Positions 19,138 through 28,554 of a stretch of DNA of 64,000 bases are shown in pieces. Source of the DNA: Bacteroidota bacterium (GTDB lineage: Bacteria; Bacteroidota; Bacteroidia; UBA4408). Positions within the stretch are counted from its first letter, which is position 1. Each line of letters begins with the position of its first letter. The stretch spans positions 256,787 to 320,786 of the forward strand of contig JAZKHE010000004.1 of assembly GCA_040385525.1 (NCBI GenBank), written 5' to 3'. The notes under the pieces are model-generated. The model was not told where the DNA came from and did not search any database. It was given only the letters and a program-made list of their open reading frames with translations. The position numbers and the translations under genes are program-made.

Positions 19138-20823
19138 ATGAATCTTAAAGTTGACTACAAAAAATATCCTTTACTAATAAGTTTAGTGATAGTAGTTAGT
19201 CAATTTACAATTATTCAATTACTTTTCAATACACGGTTTAATACTAATGATGATGTAATGATGATGTTTCTTTCGAGAGGCGTTGTATTTACAAATGAAC
19301 CGACTCCCTTATTATTATATAGTAATGTAATTTATGGAAAATATTTAGTGTTTTTCACTCAATTATTTTCAAAAATAAATTTTTACACTATCAATAATTT
19401 TATATTATTAATATTTTCTTTAACTGCAATCAGTTACAACATTCTATTAAATTCAAATTACAAAACACTTTTATTGTTCAATTTAGTTATATTTCCATTT
19501 ACATTTAATCTTTTTATTGTAATTCAGTTCACTATACTTTCTAGCGTGCTATTTTTATCGGGAATAATTTCATTTTTTAATTATTTCAAATATCCCAAAA
19601 AAAAACTGCTTTACTATAGTTTTTTTTCAATAGTTCTGGCTAGTCTAATTCGATTTGAACAAACTATATTATTGTTGCTATTTACTGCTCCTATTGTTAT
19701 TGTCTTTATTTATAAAATAAAAGCAAATATTAAGCGAATTATAGTTGTTTTATCGCTAATAGCGGCTACATGCGTACTACTTTCTATATATAGTAAAAAC
19801 TATTATACTAGTAAAGCAAATTATGATTTTGAAAATTACAATGTTAAAATTGCCTCATTATTTTACGACTACAATTTAATTGAAAAAATAAGTCATGAAA
19901 CAAAATCAGTATTTTTAAAAAAACTTAACATTTCAACTAACGATACTAAACTCTATGACTCTTGGTATTTAACTCCATTATTAATTAATAATGCCAGATT
20001 TTGGGATGACTCAGAAATAAATAAATTATTCTCAAAAATTGAAAACTCATTTTTTAATTTCAAAATATTAAAAGAAGAATCTAAAGGATTTCTAAGTATT
20101 TACTTAACATTACTAATTGTTGTATTATCGATTATTTATTACATTTCTACAAAAAAAATAAATTTACTTCTACTTTTTTTTTCATCTCTACTATTTGCAA
20201 TAATAATCTCACAAACAATAAATTATTTCTTAAAAGAAATGCCATACAGATTATTAATGCCAGTAATTTTTTCCATATTTAGTCTACTTCTATTTTACTT
20301 TATAACCTATCACAAAATTAAAATCAACAGTGTATTTAAATATTCAATTGTAATTATTTTATGCCTATCTAATATTAAATACGTGAAAAGCTTTAATGAA
20401 ATGAGAAAAGATTTAGATAAATTTAATTACAATGAATTAAAATCAATATACACTGAATTAGACAGTACAAAAACTTATATTTTTCACCCTTATTTGCGTT
20501 TATTTACTAAAATAAACAAATACGATACCTTTAATTGGACTAACAATAAATTAGTTGGTATAAGTACTAGCTTACTAACACAACATCCTTCAGTAGTAAG
20601 CAATTATAAAAATTTTAAATATGGTTTTGATTTTGAAATTTTATTAAACAAAAACATTAGATTTGTAGCATCAAAAAAAATTGAAAATTCATTTTTTCCT
20701 TCTATAAAAAAATATTATCAAGAACATTATAATTTAAAAATTGACATTATTCAAGATAAAAAAATATATAGCAATGATTACTATAGTTACAAGTATATCT
20801 ATTTAGGGAAATACAAAAATTAA
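19138..20823 (+). CDS. Polytopic membrane protein, putative GT-C-fold (ArnT/PMT-like) glycosyltransferase or Wzy-like polymerase
   Basis: 561 aa with about 11-12 TM helices followed by a ~150-aa hydrophilic C-terminal domain. An Asp pair (NTNDDVMMM) sits in the first extracytoplasmic loop after TM1, as in GT-C enzymes. Its paralog lies immediately downstream. Confidence 0.4.
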   Translation: MNLKVDYKKYPLLISLVIVVSQFTIIQLLFNTRFNTNDDVMMMFLSRGVVFTNEPTPLLLYSNVIYGKYLVFFTQLFSKINFYTINNFILLIFSLTAISYNILLNSNYKTLLLFNLVIFPFTFNLFIVIQFTILSSVLFLSGIISFFNYFKYPKKKLLYYSFFSIVLASLIRFEQTILLLLFTAPIVIVFIYKIKANIKRIIVVLSLIAATCVLLSIYSKNYYTSKANYDFENYNVKIASLFYDYNLIEKISHETKSVFLKKLNISTNDTKLYDSWYLTPLLINNARFWDDSEINKLFSKIENSFFNFKILKEESKGFLSIYLTLLIVVLSIIYYISTKKINLLLLFFSSLLFAIIISQTINYFLKEMPYRLLMPVIFSIFSLLLFYFITYHKIKINSVFKYSIVIILCLSNIKYVKSFNEMRKDLDKFNYNELKSIYTELDSTKTYIFHPYLRLFTKINKYDTFNWTNNKLVGISTSLLTQHPSVVSNYKNFKYGFDFEILLNKNIRFVASKKIENSFFPSIKKYYQEHYNLKIDIIQDKKIYSNDYYSYKYIYLGKYKN

Positions 20824-20971
20824 TAAAGAGTTTTGAAGAAAACATCATTTTACTCGAAATATTTAGAATTATTAATGAAGCAACCTTTGTTGTGTTGTTC
20901 TATAATTATTATTGCACAGTTTTTAATAATACTTTTTTAACTCAAGATTCAATACAAATGATGACATTGCA

Positions 20972-22531
20972 ATGATGTTTTTGTCAAGAGGAGTAATCTT
21001 TTCAAATGACCCAACTGCATTATTACATTTTTCAAATATTATATACGGTAACTATTTAGTGTTCTTTACGAAACTATTTTATAGTATTAATTTTTACACA
21101 GTAAATAACTTTGCGCTTATAATAATCTCATTAATAACAATAAGCTATAATATTTTACTAAATTCTAATTATAAAACTCTCATTTTATTCTTAATAATAT
21201 TACTTCCATTTACATTTAACTTATTTACAACAATACAATTTACAATACTTTCAAGCGTGCTCTTTATTTCAGGGGTAATATCAATATTTAGTTATGTAAA
21301 ACTTAAACATACACTTTTACTATATTATGGAATAATTTCAATAATTTTTTCAAGTTTAATTAGGTTTGAGCAAACAATAATTATTGCTTCGTTTATATTG
21401 CCAGTTGCATTTTTTATAATATACAAACTAAAAGAGAGTAGAAAAAAAACTATTTTAATATTTAGTTCAGTTTTTATTGTTTGTTTTCTTTTATCACTTT
21501 ACAACAAGAATTATTATAAAAATGTAGCCAACTACGATTTTAATGAATACAATGTAAGGATAGCATCACTATTCTACGATTTTAAACTGCTCGACAAAAT
21601 TAGTAGTGTAGATAAAAAAATAGCTCTTGAGACTTTTAGTATTTCGGAAAATGATGCAAAACTTTATAATGCTTTTTATTTAACACCATTATTAATTAAT
21701 AAAGCCAAAACATGGAATGATAAAGAAATTGCCAGCTTATATAAAAAAATATCAAACCATTTTTTTAATATAACGACTTTTCTTACTCAGACTAAATATT
21801 TTGAAAACATTTATGTTTTTTTTATCATACTAGCATTTTTAATAAACCATTACATTTCAAAAAAAAGAATAAATATTTTTTTATTCTTTGGCATTAGTCT
21901 AATCTACTTTTTTTTAGTAAGTCTTTCTATTAATTATTTTTTAAAACCAATGCCATTTAGAACTATATTATCTGTTACATTTTGTATATTATCCTTATCA
22001 ATTTTTTACTTCGTAATTATCACAGAAAAAAAACATGAAAACATTTATATATATTCCCTAGCATGTCTACTATTAATTTTTAATAGCATTCAAATCAAAA
22101 AATCAATTTCGATAAGAAAAGAGTTTGACTTTTTTAATTACAATGGATTGAAATCGGTTTATTCAAAATTTGATACAACAAAAAAATATGTATTCTATCC
22201 TCCAATAAAACTTCTTTCATATATAAGTGTTTACGATACTTTTGATTGGGCAAAATCAACTACTATTTACCGAAACAGCTTAATGTCACAGCATCCAATA
22301 ATTTTGCAAAATTATACTAATCTTAAATATGCTTTTGATAGCCAAATGTTTTCCGATAAAAACATCAGGTATATTACTACAAAAAATTCAGAAAAAACAT
22401 TATTTCCAAACATTAAAAAATACTACCAAGAACATTACAATTGCAATATTGATATTCTCAAAGATGAAAAAATTTATGGCAACGAATACTATAGTTATAA
22501 ATTTATCTACTTAGGGAAATACAAAAATTAA
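20972..22531 (+). CDS. Paralog of 19138-20823 (polytopic membrane, GT-C-like). The ORF as called lacks the N-terminal TM because of an upstream frameshift; the likely true start is 20875
   Basis: 519 aa, alignable to residues 41-561 of the upstream paralog. The missing N-terminus (MKQPLLCCSIIIIAQFLIILF) is encoded in another frame from ATG 20875. It joins at a T6 homopolymer at 20933-20938. Confidence 0.45.
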   Translation: MMFLSRGVIFSNDPTALLHFSNIIYGNYLVFFTKLFYSINFYTVNNFALIIISLITISYNILLNSNYKTLILFLIILLPFTFNLFTTIQFTILSSVLFISGVISIFSYVKLKHTLLLYYGIISIIFSSLIRFEQTIIIASFILPVAFFIIYKLKESRKKTILIFSSVFIVCFLLSLYNKNYYKNVANYDFNEYNVRIASLFYDFKLLDKISSVDKKIALETFSISENDAKLYNAFYLTPLLINKAKTWNDKEIASLYKKISNHFFNITTFLTQTKYFENIYVFFIILAFLINHYISKKRINIFLFFGISLIYFFLVSLSINYFLKPMPFRTILSVTFCILSLSIFYFVIITEKKHENIYIYSLACLLLIFNSIQIKKSISIRKEFDFFNYNGLKSVYSKFDTTKKYVFYPPIKLLSYISVYDTFDWAKSTTIYRNSLMSQHPIILQNYTNLKYAFDSQMFSDKNIRYITTKNSEKTLFPNIKKYYQEHYNCNIDILKDEKIYGNEYYSYKFIYLGKYKN

Positions 22532-22550
22532 TTTTAAAGAAAAAAACAAT

Positions 22551-23819
22551 ATGATAAAAGCTAACAACCCTCAACTAAAAAGTTGGATTGAAGTTCCAAA
22601 AAATTCAGATTTCCCAATTCAAAATATACCATTTGGAGTTATTAAAACCATCAGCGGAACAACTATAGCTTCGCGAATTGGAGATACAGTAATATCAATT
22701 TCAGCCCTATACAAATTTGGTTATTTAAACGATTTAGGTTTAACTGAGCAAACTATAAACTCATCTGTTTTAAATGATTTTATTGCGCTAGGAAAAAAAG
22801 TCACAAATGCTGTTAGAGAAAAAATATCAGAACTATTTGTAGATACAAATTCTACATTAAAAAATAATGACGCACACAAAGCAGAAATTTTATTTTCAAT
22901 AACTGAAATAAAAAATGCTTTACCTGTTAGAATTGAAAATTATACTGATTTCTATTCTAGTAAAGAGCATGCAACTAATGTTGGAACTATGTTTAGAGAC
23001 CCTAAAAATGCATTGTTGCCCAACTGGTTACACATTCCAATAGGCTATCATGGTAGAGCATCTTCAATTGTAATTTCGGGCACTTCTATTCATCGTCCTA
23101 AAGGTCAAACTAAAGCACCAGATGCAGAATTACCTAGTTTTGGGCCAAGCAAACAACTTGATTTTGAATTGGAATTAGCTTTTGTAGTTGGAAAAGAAAC
23201 TCAACTCGGTGATTCTATTCCAATTGATAAAGCAGAAGAATTTATTTTCGGTTTAGTTTTATTCAACGACTGGAGCGCACGAGATATACAAGCATGGGAA
23301 TATGTTCCACTAGGTCCATTTTTAGCTAAAAACTTTGCCTCTACTATCTCTCCGTGGATTGTTACTTTGGAAGCTTTAGAACCTTTTAGAGTTGCAGGCC
23401 CAACTCAAGAGCCAAAAGTTTTACCTTACTTAGATTATAAAGGCGCTAAAAATTATGATATTAATTTAGATGTAATTATTAAACCAAAAGGTGCCGAAGA
23501 AACGGTTGTTTCTAAATCAAATTTTAAATACATGTATTGGAACATGGCACAACAACTTACACACCACACTGTAAATGGTTGTAACATGAAAGTTGGCGAC
23601 ATGTATGCTTCAGGCACAATTAGCGGGCCAACAGAAGATTCGTACGGTTCTATGTTAGAGATAACATGGAGAGGAACAAAACCTCTTAAAATGAAAAACG
23701 GCACCGAACGTAAATTTATTGATGATGGTGATACTGTTATTATTAAAGGATATTGCGAAAAAGATGGTGTAAGAATTGGATTTGGAGAATCTGCCTCTGA
23801 AGTTTTACCAACAAAATAA
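22551..23819 (+). CDS. fahA: Fumarylacetoacetase (fumarylacetoacetate hydrolase)
   Basis: 422 aa with the FAH N-terminal domain (IPFGVIKT) and C-terminal FAA-hydrolase fold motifs. Confidence 0.85.
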   Translation: MIKANNPQLKSWIEVPKNSDFPIQNIPFGVIKTISGTTIASRIGDTVISISALYKFGYLNDLGLTEQTINSSVLNDFIALGKKVTNAVREKISELFVDTNSTLKNNDAHKAEILFSITEIKNALPVRIENYTDFYSSKEHATNVGTMFRDPKNALLPNWLHIPIGYHGRASSIVISGTSIHRPKGQTKAPDAELPSFGPSKQLDFELELAFVVGKETQLGDSIPIDKAEEFIFGLVLFNDWSARDIQAWEYVPLGPFLAKNFASTISPWIVTLEALEPFRVAGPTQEPKVLPYLDYKGAKNYDINLDVIIKPKGAEETVVSKSNFKYMYWNMAQQLTHHTVNGCNMKVGDMYASGTISGPTEDSYGSMLEITWRGTKPLKMKNGTERKFIDDGDTVIIKGYCEKDGVRIGFGESASEVLPTK

Positions 23820-23829
23820 TTCAAAATGT

Positions 23830-23869
23830 AAGATTCAAGGTTCAAGCTAATATTGAACTTTGAATCTTT
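23830..23869. terminator. Bidirectional stem-loop terminator between convergent fahA and HD-7TM genes
   Basis: AAGATTCAAGGTTCAAG-loop-TTGAACTTTGAATCTT is an imperfect 16-bp inverted repeat. Heptamer GAAACTT-like units follow it. Confidence 0.5.
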
Positions 23870-23886
23870 AACTTTAAACCTTAAAC

Positions 23887-25953
23887 CTATTTAGGGTATT
23901 CAATTCTAAGGTGGTAGATATTCATTAATTTCTTTTTCAGAATTTTTTTGATTATCGTAATATCCTTAAACGTTATATCTGAGTTTACAAATTGATTTTC
24001 TTCTACTTGCCTTCCTATTACGCGTTCTACAATAGAATCGATTGATTCTGCATCGTATTTTTTAATGCTACGCGATGCTGCTTCAACAGAATCGGCCATC
24101 ATTAAAATTGCTGTTTCTTTAGAAAATGGTAGCGGTCCTGGATATTGAAAAGCTTTAACATCTATAACTTCATCAGGATAATTTTTTAAATGCGAACGAT
24201 AAAAATATTCTGCTTTAGTTTCGCCATGATGCGTGCGAATAAAATCAATAATTTGATCGGGTAAATTATTTTTTTTCGCAATTTCAATTCCTTTTGCAAC
24301 GTGCCCAATAATTACGGAAGCACTTTCTTCAAAAGTTAATTCATCGTGCGGATTAACTCCTGTAAATTGATTTTCGATAAAATACATTGGGTTTTCCATT
24401 TTACCAATATCGTGATAAAGCGCTCCTACCCTAACCAACAAAGCAGAGCCACCTACTTTGATAGCTGCTTCCTCAGCCAAATTTGCAACTTGTAACGAAT
24501 GTTGAAATGTACCTGGAGCTTTAATAGATAACTCTCTAAGCAATGGTGTATTTATATCTGACAATTCCATTAACGAAACGTCTGAAATAAATCCGAATAA
24601 TTTTTCGAAAACATAAATAAGTGGATATACAAAGAGCGTTAGTGTAGAACTTACAAAAAACCACTGAATAATATACCAGTCGAATGTTTTTAAAGAACCC
24701 TCTCTAATAACATAAAAACCTAAATACGTTAAACAATACACTGCAAAAATAATTGCTACCGAAACAAAAACTTGTTTTCGGTTTCGCATATTTATAATAC
24801 TAAAAATTGTAAAAATTCCACCAATTAATTGAAGCAAAACAAACTCAAAAGGATTAGGCACAACCAAACCCAAAATCAACATAGATGCTATGTGCATAAA
24901 CAAGGCAACTCGCGTATCAAAAAAGGCACGCGTAAGCATTGGCATTATCGAAAATGGTAAAATATAAACGCTCGCTATGTTAAGTTTTATAGCAACATTC
25001 GTCATTAAAGAAATTAAAAAGAATTCCAATAAAATAAATGTAACTTTTTGGTTGTTTAAAAATATATCTCTTCTAAAAAGATATAAAAACATAAACACCA
25101 TTGCAATGCAAATGGATACTAAAACAATTTGACCAGCAACTATAAAATAGAATTTTGAAGAACCTCCATATTGCGTTAAATACTCTTTTTTTAATGATTC
25201 TAAAACTTGATAATCATTCTCATCAATTAAATCTCCTCTCGATATAATGCGCTCTCCTTTTTGTTTCATATCTCTATTTAAAGAAATATTATCCAACAAA
25301 TCGTTAAGCGCTTTTGAACTGGTATTCGCATCAAAAAACACATTTTGTTTGAGTGAGTTTTCAATTATTTTTTTTATGAAATTTTGATCGATTCTAGAAT
25401 TCTTTTCAATGTTTTCGTTTACAAAATTTTGTACTGTAACAATCGTAAAAAGCTCTTTTAATTCAACTTCTTCTGCTAAATTATTTTCAACTAAAAAAAT
25501 AGTGTAATCATCTGCTTTCCCTTCTAATACTTCATTATACTGAATAATACCAATTTTATAAATTTCAGATAATATTCGTTTTGTTTCATCAAGACTTTTT
25601 TCTTGCGCAAACTTATCTTTACTTAATACACTTTTAAACCAATTATCATTAAAATCACTAATTACACTTGCAATTACCTCATTGTAAACTTTAGGATTAA
25701 CTTTAAAATATTGTTTGGATTTTTGTTTAATGTCCAATTTTTCTTTCGCTAATTCTTCATCCGATTTATAAATTGCAAAGTCAAAAGGCGCTATCAAATC
25801 TTCGTGTAGCCAAGGTTTTCCTTTTTGATATTCGTATCTAAATTTACCTTCTTTAGGAATAAAATAAACTATTCCCAAAACGCACACAATCATTAAAATT
25901 ATTTTGTAAATAACTTCGTGTTTGTGCCCAATTGTATATACAAAATTTTTCAT
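23887..25953 (-). CDS. 7TM-receptor extracellular-domain / HD (HDIG) phosphohydrolase membrane protein (7TMR-HD family)
   Basis: 688 aa. It has an N-terminal TM, a large extracytoplasmic domain and a 7-TM block. The cytoplasmic HD domain carries HDIGK. Confidence 0.85.
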   Translation of the reverse strand: MKNFVYTIGHKHEVIYKIILMIVCVLGIVYFIPKEGKFRYEYQKGKPWLHEDLIAPFDFAIYKSDEELAKEKLDIKQKSKQYFKVNPKVYNEVIASVISDFNDNWFKSVLSKDKFAQEKSLDETKRILSEIYKIGIIQYNEVLEGKADDYTIFLVENNLAEEVELKELFTIVTVQNFVNENIEKNSRIDQNFIKKIIENSLKQNVFFDANTSSKALNDLLDNISLNRDMKQKGERIISRGDLIDENDYQVLESLKKEYLTQYGGSSKFYFIVAGQIVLVSICIAMVFMFLYLFRRDIFLNNQKVTFILLEFFLISLMTNVAIKLNIASVYILPFSIMPMLTRAFFDTRVALFMHIASMLILGLVVPNPFEFVLLQLIGGIFTIFSIINMRNRKQVFVSVAIIFAVYCLTYLGFYVIREGSLKTFDWYIIQWFFVSSTLTLFVYPLIYVFEKLFGFISDVSLMELSDINTPLLRELSIKAPGTFQHSLQVANLAEEAAIKVGGSALLVRVGALYHDIGKMENPMYFIENQFTGVNPHDELTFEESASVIIGHVAKGIEIAKKNNLPDQIIDFIRTHHGETKAEYFYRSHLKNYPDEVIDVKAFQYPGPLPFSKETAILMMADSVEAASRSIKKYDAESIDSIVERVIGRQVEENQFVNSDITFKDITIIKKILKKKLMNIYHLRIEYPK

Positions 25954-26102
25954 ATTTATCTTATTTATTGATGCTTTTGATGCGTTTAACTATCCATAAC
26001 AAGTATTTATCTTATTAAGCGCTTAGCATTTCAAAATTAAATTATTAATCTTTATCTTTAGACTGTTATTCAATAAATTTCAACTAAATAATCAAAATAA
26101 TA

Positions 26103-27284
26103 ATGAAAGAAGTATATGTTATTTCTGCGGTTAGAACTGCAATGGGAACATTTGGAGGCTCTTTAGCAGGTATTTCTGCGCCAAAATTAGGTGCAGCAGC
26201 AATTAAAGGTGCAATTGAAAAAGCTGGTATTTCGGCTAGCGAAGTGCAAGATGTAATTATGGGAAACGTTTTACAGGCTAACTTAGGTCAGGCTCCAGCT
26301 CGACAAGCAGCTAAATTTGCGGGTTTAGCAGATAATGTAAACGCAACTACTGTAAATAAAGTTTGTGCAAGTGGTATGAAAGCCGTTTCGTTAGCAACTC
26401 AATCTATTTTATTGGGCGATGCCGATGTAGTAGTAGCTGGTGGCATGGAAAATATGAGTCAAGTTCCATATTATGTTGAAACCAACCGTTGGGGAAATAA
26501 ATACGGAAACGTAACCATGATTGATGGTTTGGCTAAAGACGGATTAACCGATGTTTACGGCAATGTTGCAATGGGTAACTGCGCTGATATGTGCTCTAAA
26601 GAAAATAATATTACAAGAGAAGATCAAGATAAATTTGCAATTGAATCTTACACTCGCTCGCAAAAAGCTTGGGCAGATGGTAAATTTGCTAACGAAATTG
26701 TTCCTGTTGAAATTCCTCAACGTAAAGGAGATGCTATTCTTTTTAAAGAAGACGAAGAATATAAAAATGTGAAATTTGATAAAATTCCTGAGTTAAAACC
26801 AGCATTTACAAAAGACGGAACTGCAACTGCCGCAAACTCTTCAACAATGAATGATGGTGCAGCTGCTTTAGTTTTAATGAGCAAAGAAAAAGCAGAAAAA
26901 TTAGGCGTTAAACCAATTGCAATTATTCGTGGCTATGCTGATGCAGAACAAGCACCAGAATGGTTTACAACAACTCCATCTATTGCTGTTCCTAAAGCTG
27001 TTGAAAAAGCAGGATTAAAAATGAGCGACATTCAATATTTTGAATTAAACGAAGCATTTGCTACTGTTGGTTTAGTAAACACAAAAAAAATGAATTTAGA
27101 TCCATCAAAAGTTAACGTTAACGGTGGTGCTGTTTCATTAGGACATCCACTTGGCTGTTCTGGCGCAAGAGTTATTGTAACGTTAATTAATGTTTTAAAA
27201 CAAAACAACGCTAAATATGGTGCTGCTGGAATTTGTAATGGTGGTGGTGGAGCTTCTGCTATAGTAATCGAAAATGTTAGTTAG
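26103..27284 (+). CDS. Acetyl-CoA C-acetyltransferase (thiolase II)
   Basis: 393 aa. The active-site regions VNKVCASGMKA and NVNGGAVSLGHPLGCSGARV are present, with a C-terminal CNGGGGASA. Confidence 0.95.
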   Translation: MKEVYVISAVRTAMGTFGGSLAGISAPKLGAAAIKGAIEKAGISASEVQDVIMGNVLQANLGQAPARQAAKFAGLADNVNATTVNKVCASGMKAVSLATQSILLGDADVVVAGGMENMSQVPYYVETNRWGNKYGNVTMIDGLAKDGLTDVYGNVAMGNCADMCSKENNITREDQDKFAIESYTRSQKAWADGKFANEIVPVEIPQRKGDAILFKEDEEYKNVKFDKIPELKPAFTKDGTATAANSSTMNDGAAALVLMSKEKAEKLGVKPIAIIRGYADAEQAPEWFTTTPSIAVPKAVEKAGLKMSDIQYFELNEAFATVGLVNTKKMNLDPSKVNVNGGAVSLGHPLGCSGARVIVTLINVLKQNNAKYGAAGICNGGGGASAIVIENVS

Positions 27285-27316
27285 TTTCAAGTTTTGAGTT
27301 AAAAGTTTCAAGTTTA
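27284..27316 (+). repeat. Left inverted-repeat arm flanking the four-helix-bundle gene cassette
   Basis: GTTTCAAGTTTTGAGTTAAAAGTTTCAAGTTT. It is reverse-complementary (imperfectly) to 27727-27761. Confidence 0.55.
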
Positions 27317-27317
27317 A

Positions 27318-27716
27318 ATGGCTACGATTAACAGTTTTGAAGAATTAGAAGTTTGGAAAAAATCGAGGTTGCTATGTAATGAGATTTATTTAGTTACCAA
27401 TACTGGAACTTTTGAAAAAGACTTTAAACTTCGCGACCAAATAAACGGTTCAAGTGGTTCAGTTATGGATAACATTTCTGAAGGATTTGAAAGAGATGGC
27501 AAAGCAGAATTTAGACAATTTTTGAGTATCTCTAAAGGCTCTTGTGGAGAAGTTAGATCGCAACTCTACAGAGCGTTAGATAGAAAACATATTAACGAAG
27601 AACAGTTTAATAAACTTAAAAATCAGGCAGAAGAAATTAGTAAACAATTAAATAGTTTTATAAAATATTTAAATAGCACAGAAATTAAAGGCACGAAGTT
27701 TAAAACAACCAAATAA
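27318..27716 (+). CDS. Four-helix-bundle protein (TIGR02436-type, '23S rRNA intervening-sequence protein' / Avd-like)
   Basis: 132 aa. The N-terminal motif FEELEVWKKSRLLCNEIY and the later SISKGSCGEVRSQLYRALD are characteristic of this family. Confidence 0.8.
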   Translation: MATINSFEELEVWKKSRLLCNEIYLVTNTGTFEKDFKLRDQINGSSGSVMDNISEGFERDGKAEFRQFLSISKGSCGEVRSQLYRALDRKHINEEQFNKLKNQAEEISKQLNSFIKYLNSTEIKGTKFKTTK

Positions 27717-27726
27717 ACGTGAAACC

Positions 27727-27761
27727 AAAACTTTGAACCTGAAACTTTGAACTTGAAACTT
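27727..27761 (+). repeat. Right inverted-repeat arm (tandem GAAACTT-like heptamers) flanking the four-helix-bundle cassette
   Basis: AAAACTTTGAACCTGAAACTTTGAACTTGAAACTT. Its reverse complement, AAGTTTCAAGTT..., matches the left arm core AGTTTCAAGTT. Confidence 0.55.
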
Positions 27762-27765
27762 AATT

Positions 27766-28554
27766 ATGTTTGGAATTTGTAACTTATCCGTTGTTCCTTG
27801 TCGACTAGAACCTTCTGATAGAAGCGAAATGGTAACGCAATTGCTTTTTGGCGAGAGTTTCGACATTATTGAAACAACTGAAAAATGGGCGAAAATAAAA
27901 ACGCACTACGATGGTTACGAATGTTGGATTGATAAAAAACAATTTCTTATTGCTGACGAAAAACAAATAGCAACATCAAAAAACAATAAATTTTTAAGTA
28001 CAGATTTATTACAAATCATTACCAATAAAGCCACACAAACTGTTTTCCCTATTATGTTAGGCTCCACTTTGCCTTCGTTTTTAAGCAACGAATGTAAAAT
28101 TGGAAATCAAACTTTTGTTTTTGATGGACCAACAGTTCCTGAAATACAAAAAAACAAATCGAAAAAATACACACGCGAAAGCATTTGCGAAACTGCAATG
28201 TTACTAGTTAACGCTCCATACCTATGGGGTGGCAGAACAGCTTTAGGAATTGACTGTTCAGGCTTTTCTCAATTAATATACAAACTTAATGGCATAATGC
28301 TTTTACGCGATGCATACCAACAAGCACAACAAGGTACAACACTAAGTTTTATTGAAGAAGCAGAGCCAGGCGATTTAGCTTTTTTTGATAACGAAGATGG
28401 TAAAATAATTCACGTTGGCATTATGCTAAACGAGCAGCAAATTATACACGCTTCGGGTTGTGTAAGAATTGATAAACTCGATCATTTTGGAATATTTAAT
28501 GAGCAAACTCAAAAATATTCGCACCGTTTGCGAATAATTAAGAGCTTAATTTAA
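27766..28554 (+). CDS. NlpC/P60 (C40) family peptidase with N-terminal SH3-like domain (gamma-D-glutamyl-L-diamino acid endopeptidase-like)
   Basis: 262 aa. The catalytic Cys is in the context DCSGFSQLIYK. A downstream His is present (IIHVGIM). Confidence 0.8.
   Translation: MFGICNLSVVPCRLEPSDRSEMVTQLLFGESFDIIETTEKWAKIKTHYDGYECWIDKKQFLIADEKQIATSKNNKFLSTDLLQIITNKATQTVFPIMLGSTLPSFLSNECKIGNQTFVFDGPTVPEIQKNKSKKYTRESICETAMLLVNAPYLWGGRTALGIDCSGFSQLIYKLNGIMLLRDAYQQAQQGTTLSFIEEAEPGDLAFFDNEDGKIIHVGIMLNEQQIIHASGCVRIDKLDHFGIFNEQTQKYSHRLRIIKSLI

Noticed and set aside
20824-20971. Apparent 148-bp intergenic gap between the two GT-C-like paralogs
   Set aside because: It is not truly intergenic. It encodes the N-terminal helix of the second paralog in another frame; see the frameshift finding.
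25954-26102. AT-rich divergent region between HD-7TM gene and thiolase, examined for small RNAs or riboswitches
   Set aside because: No conserved structured-RNA motif was recognised. It probably consists of divergent promoters only.
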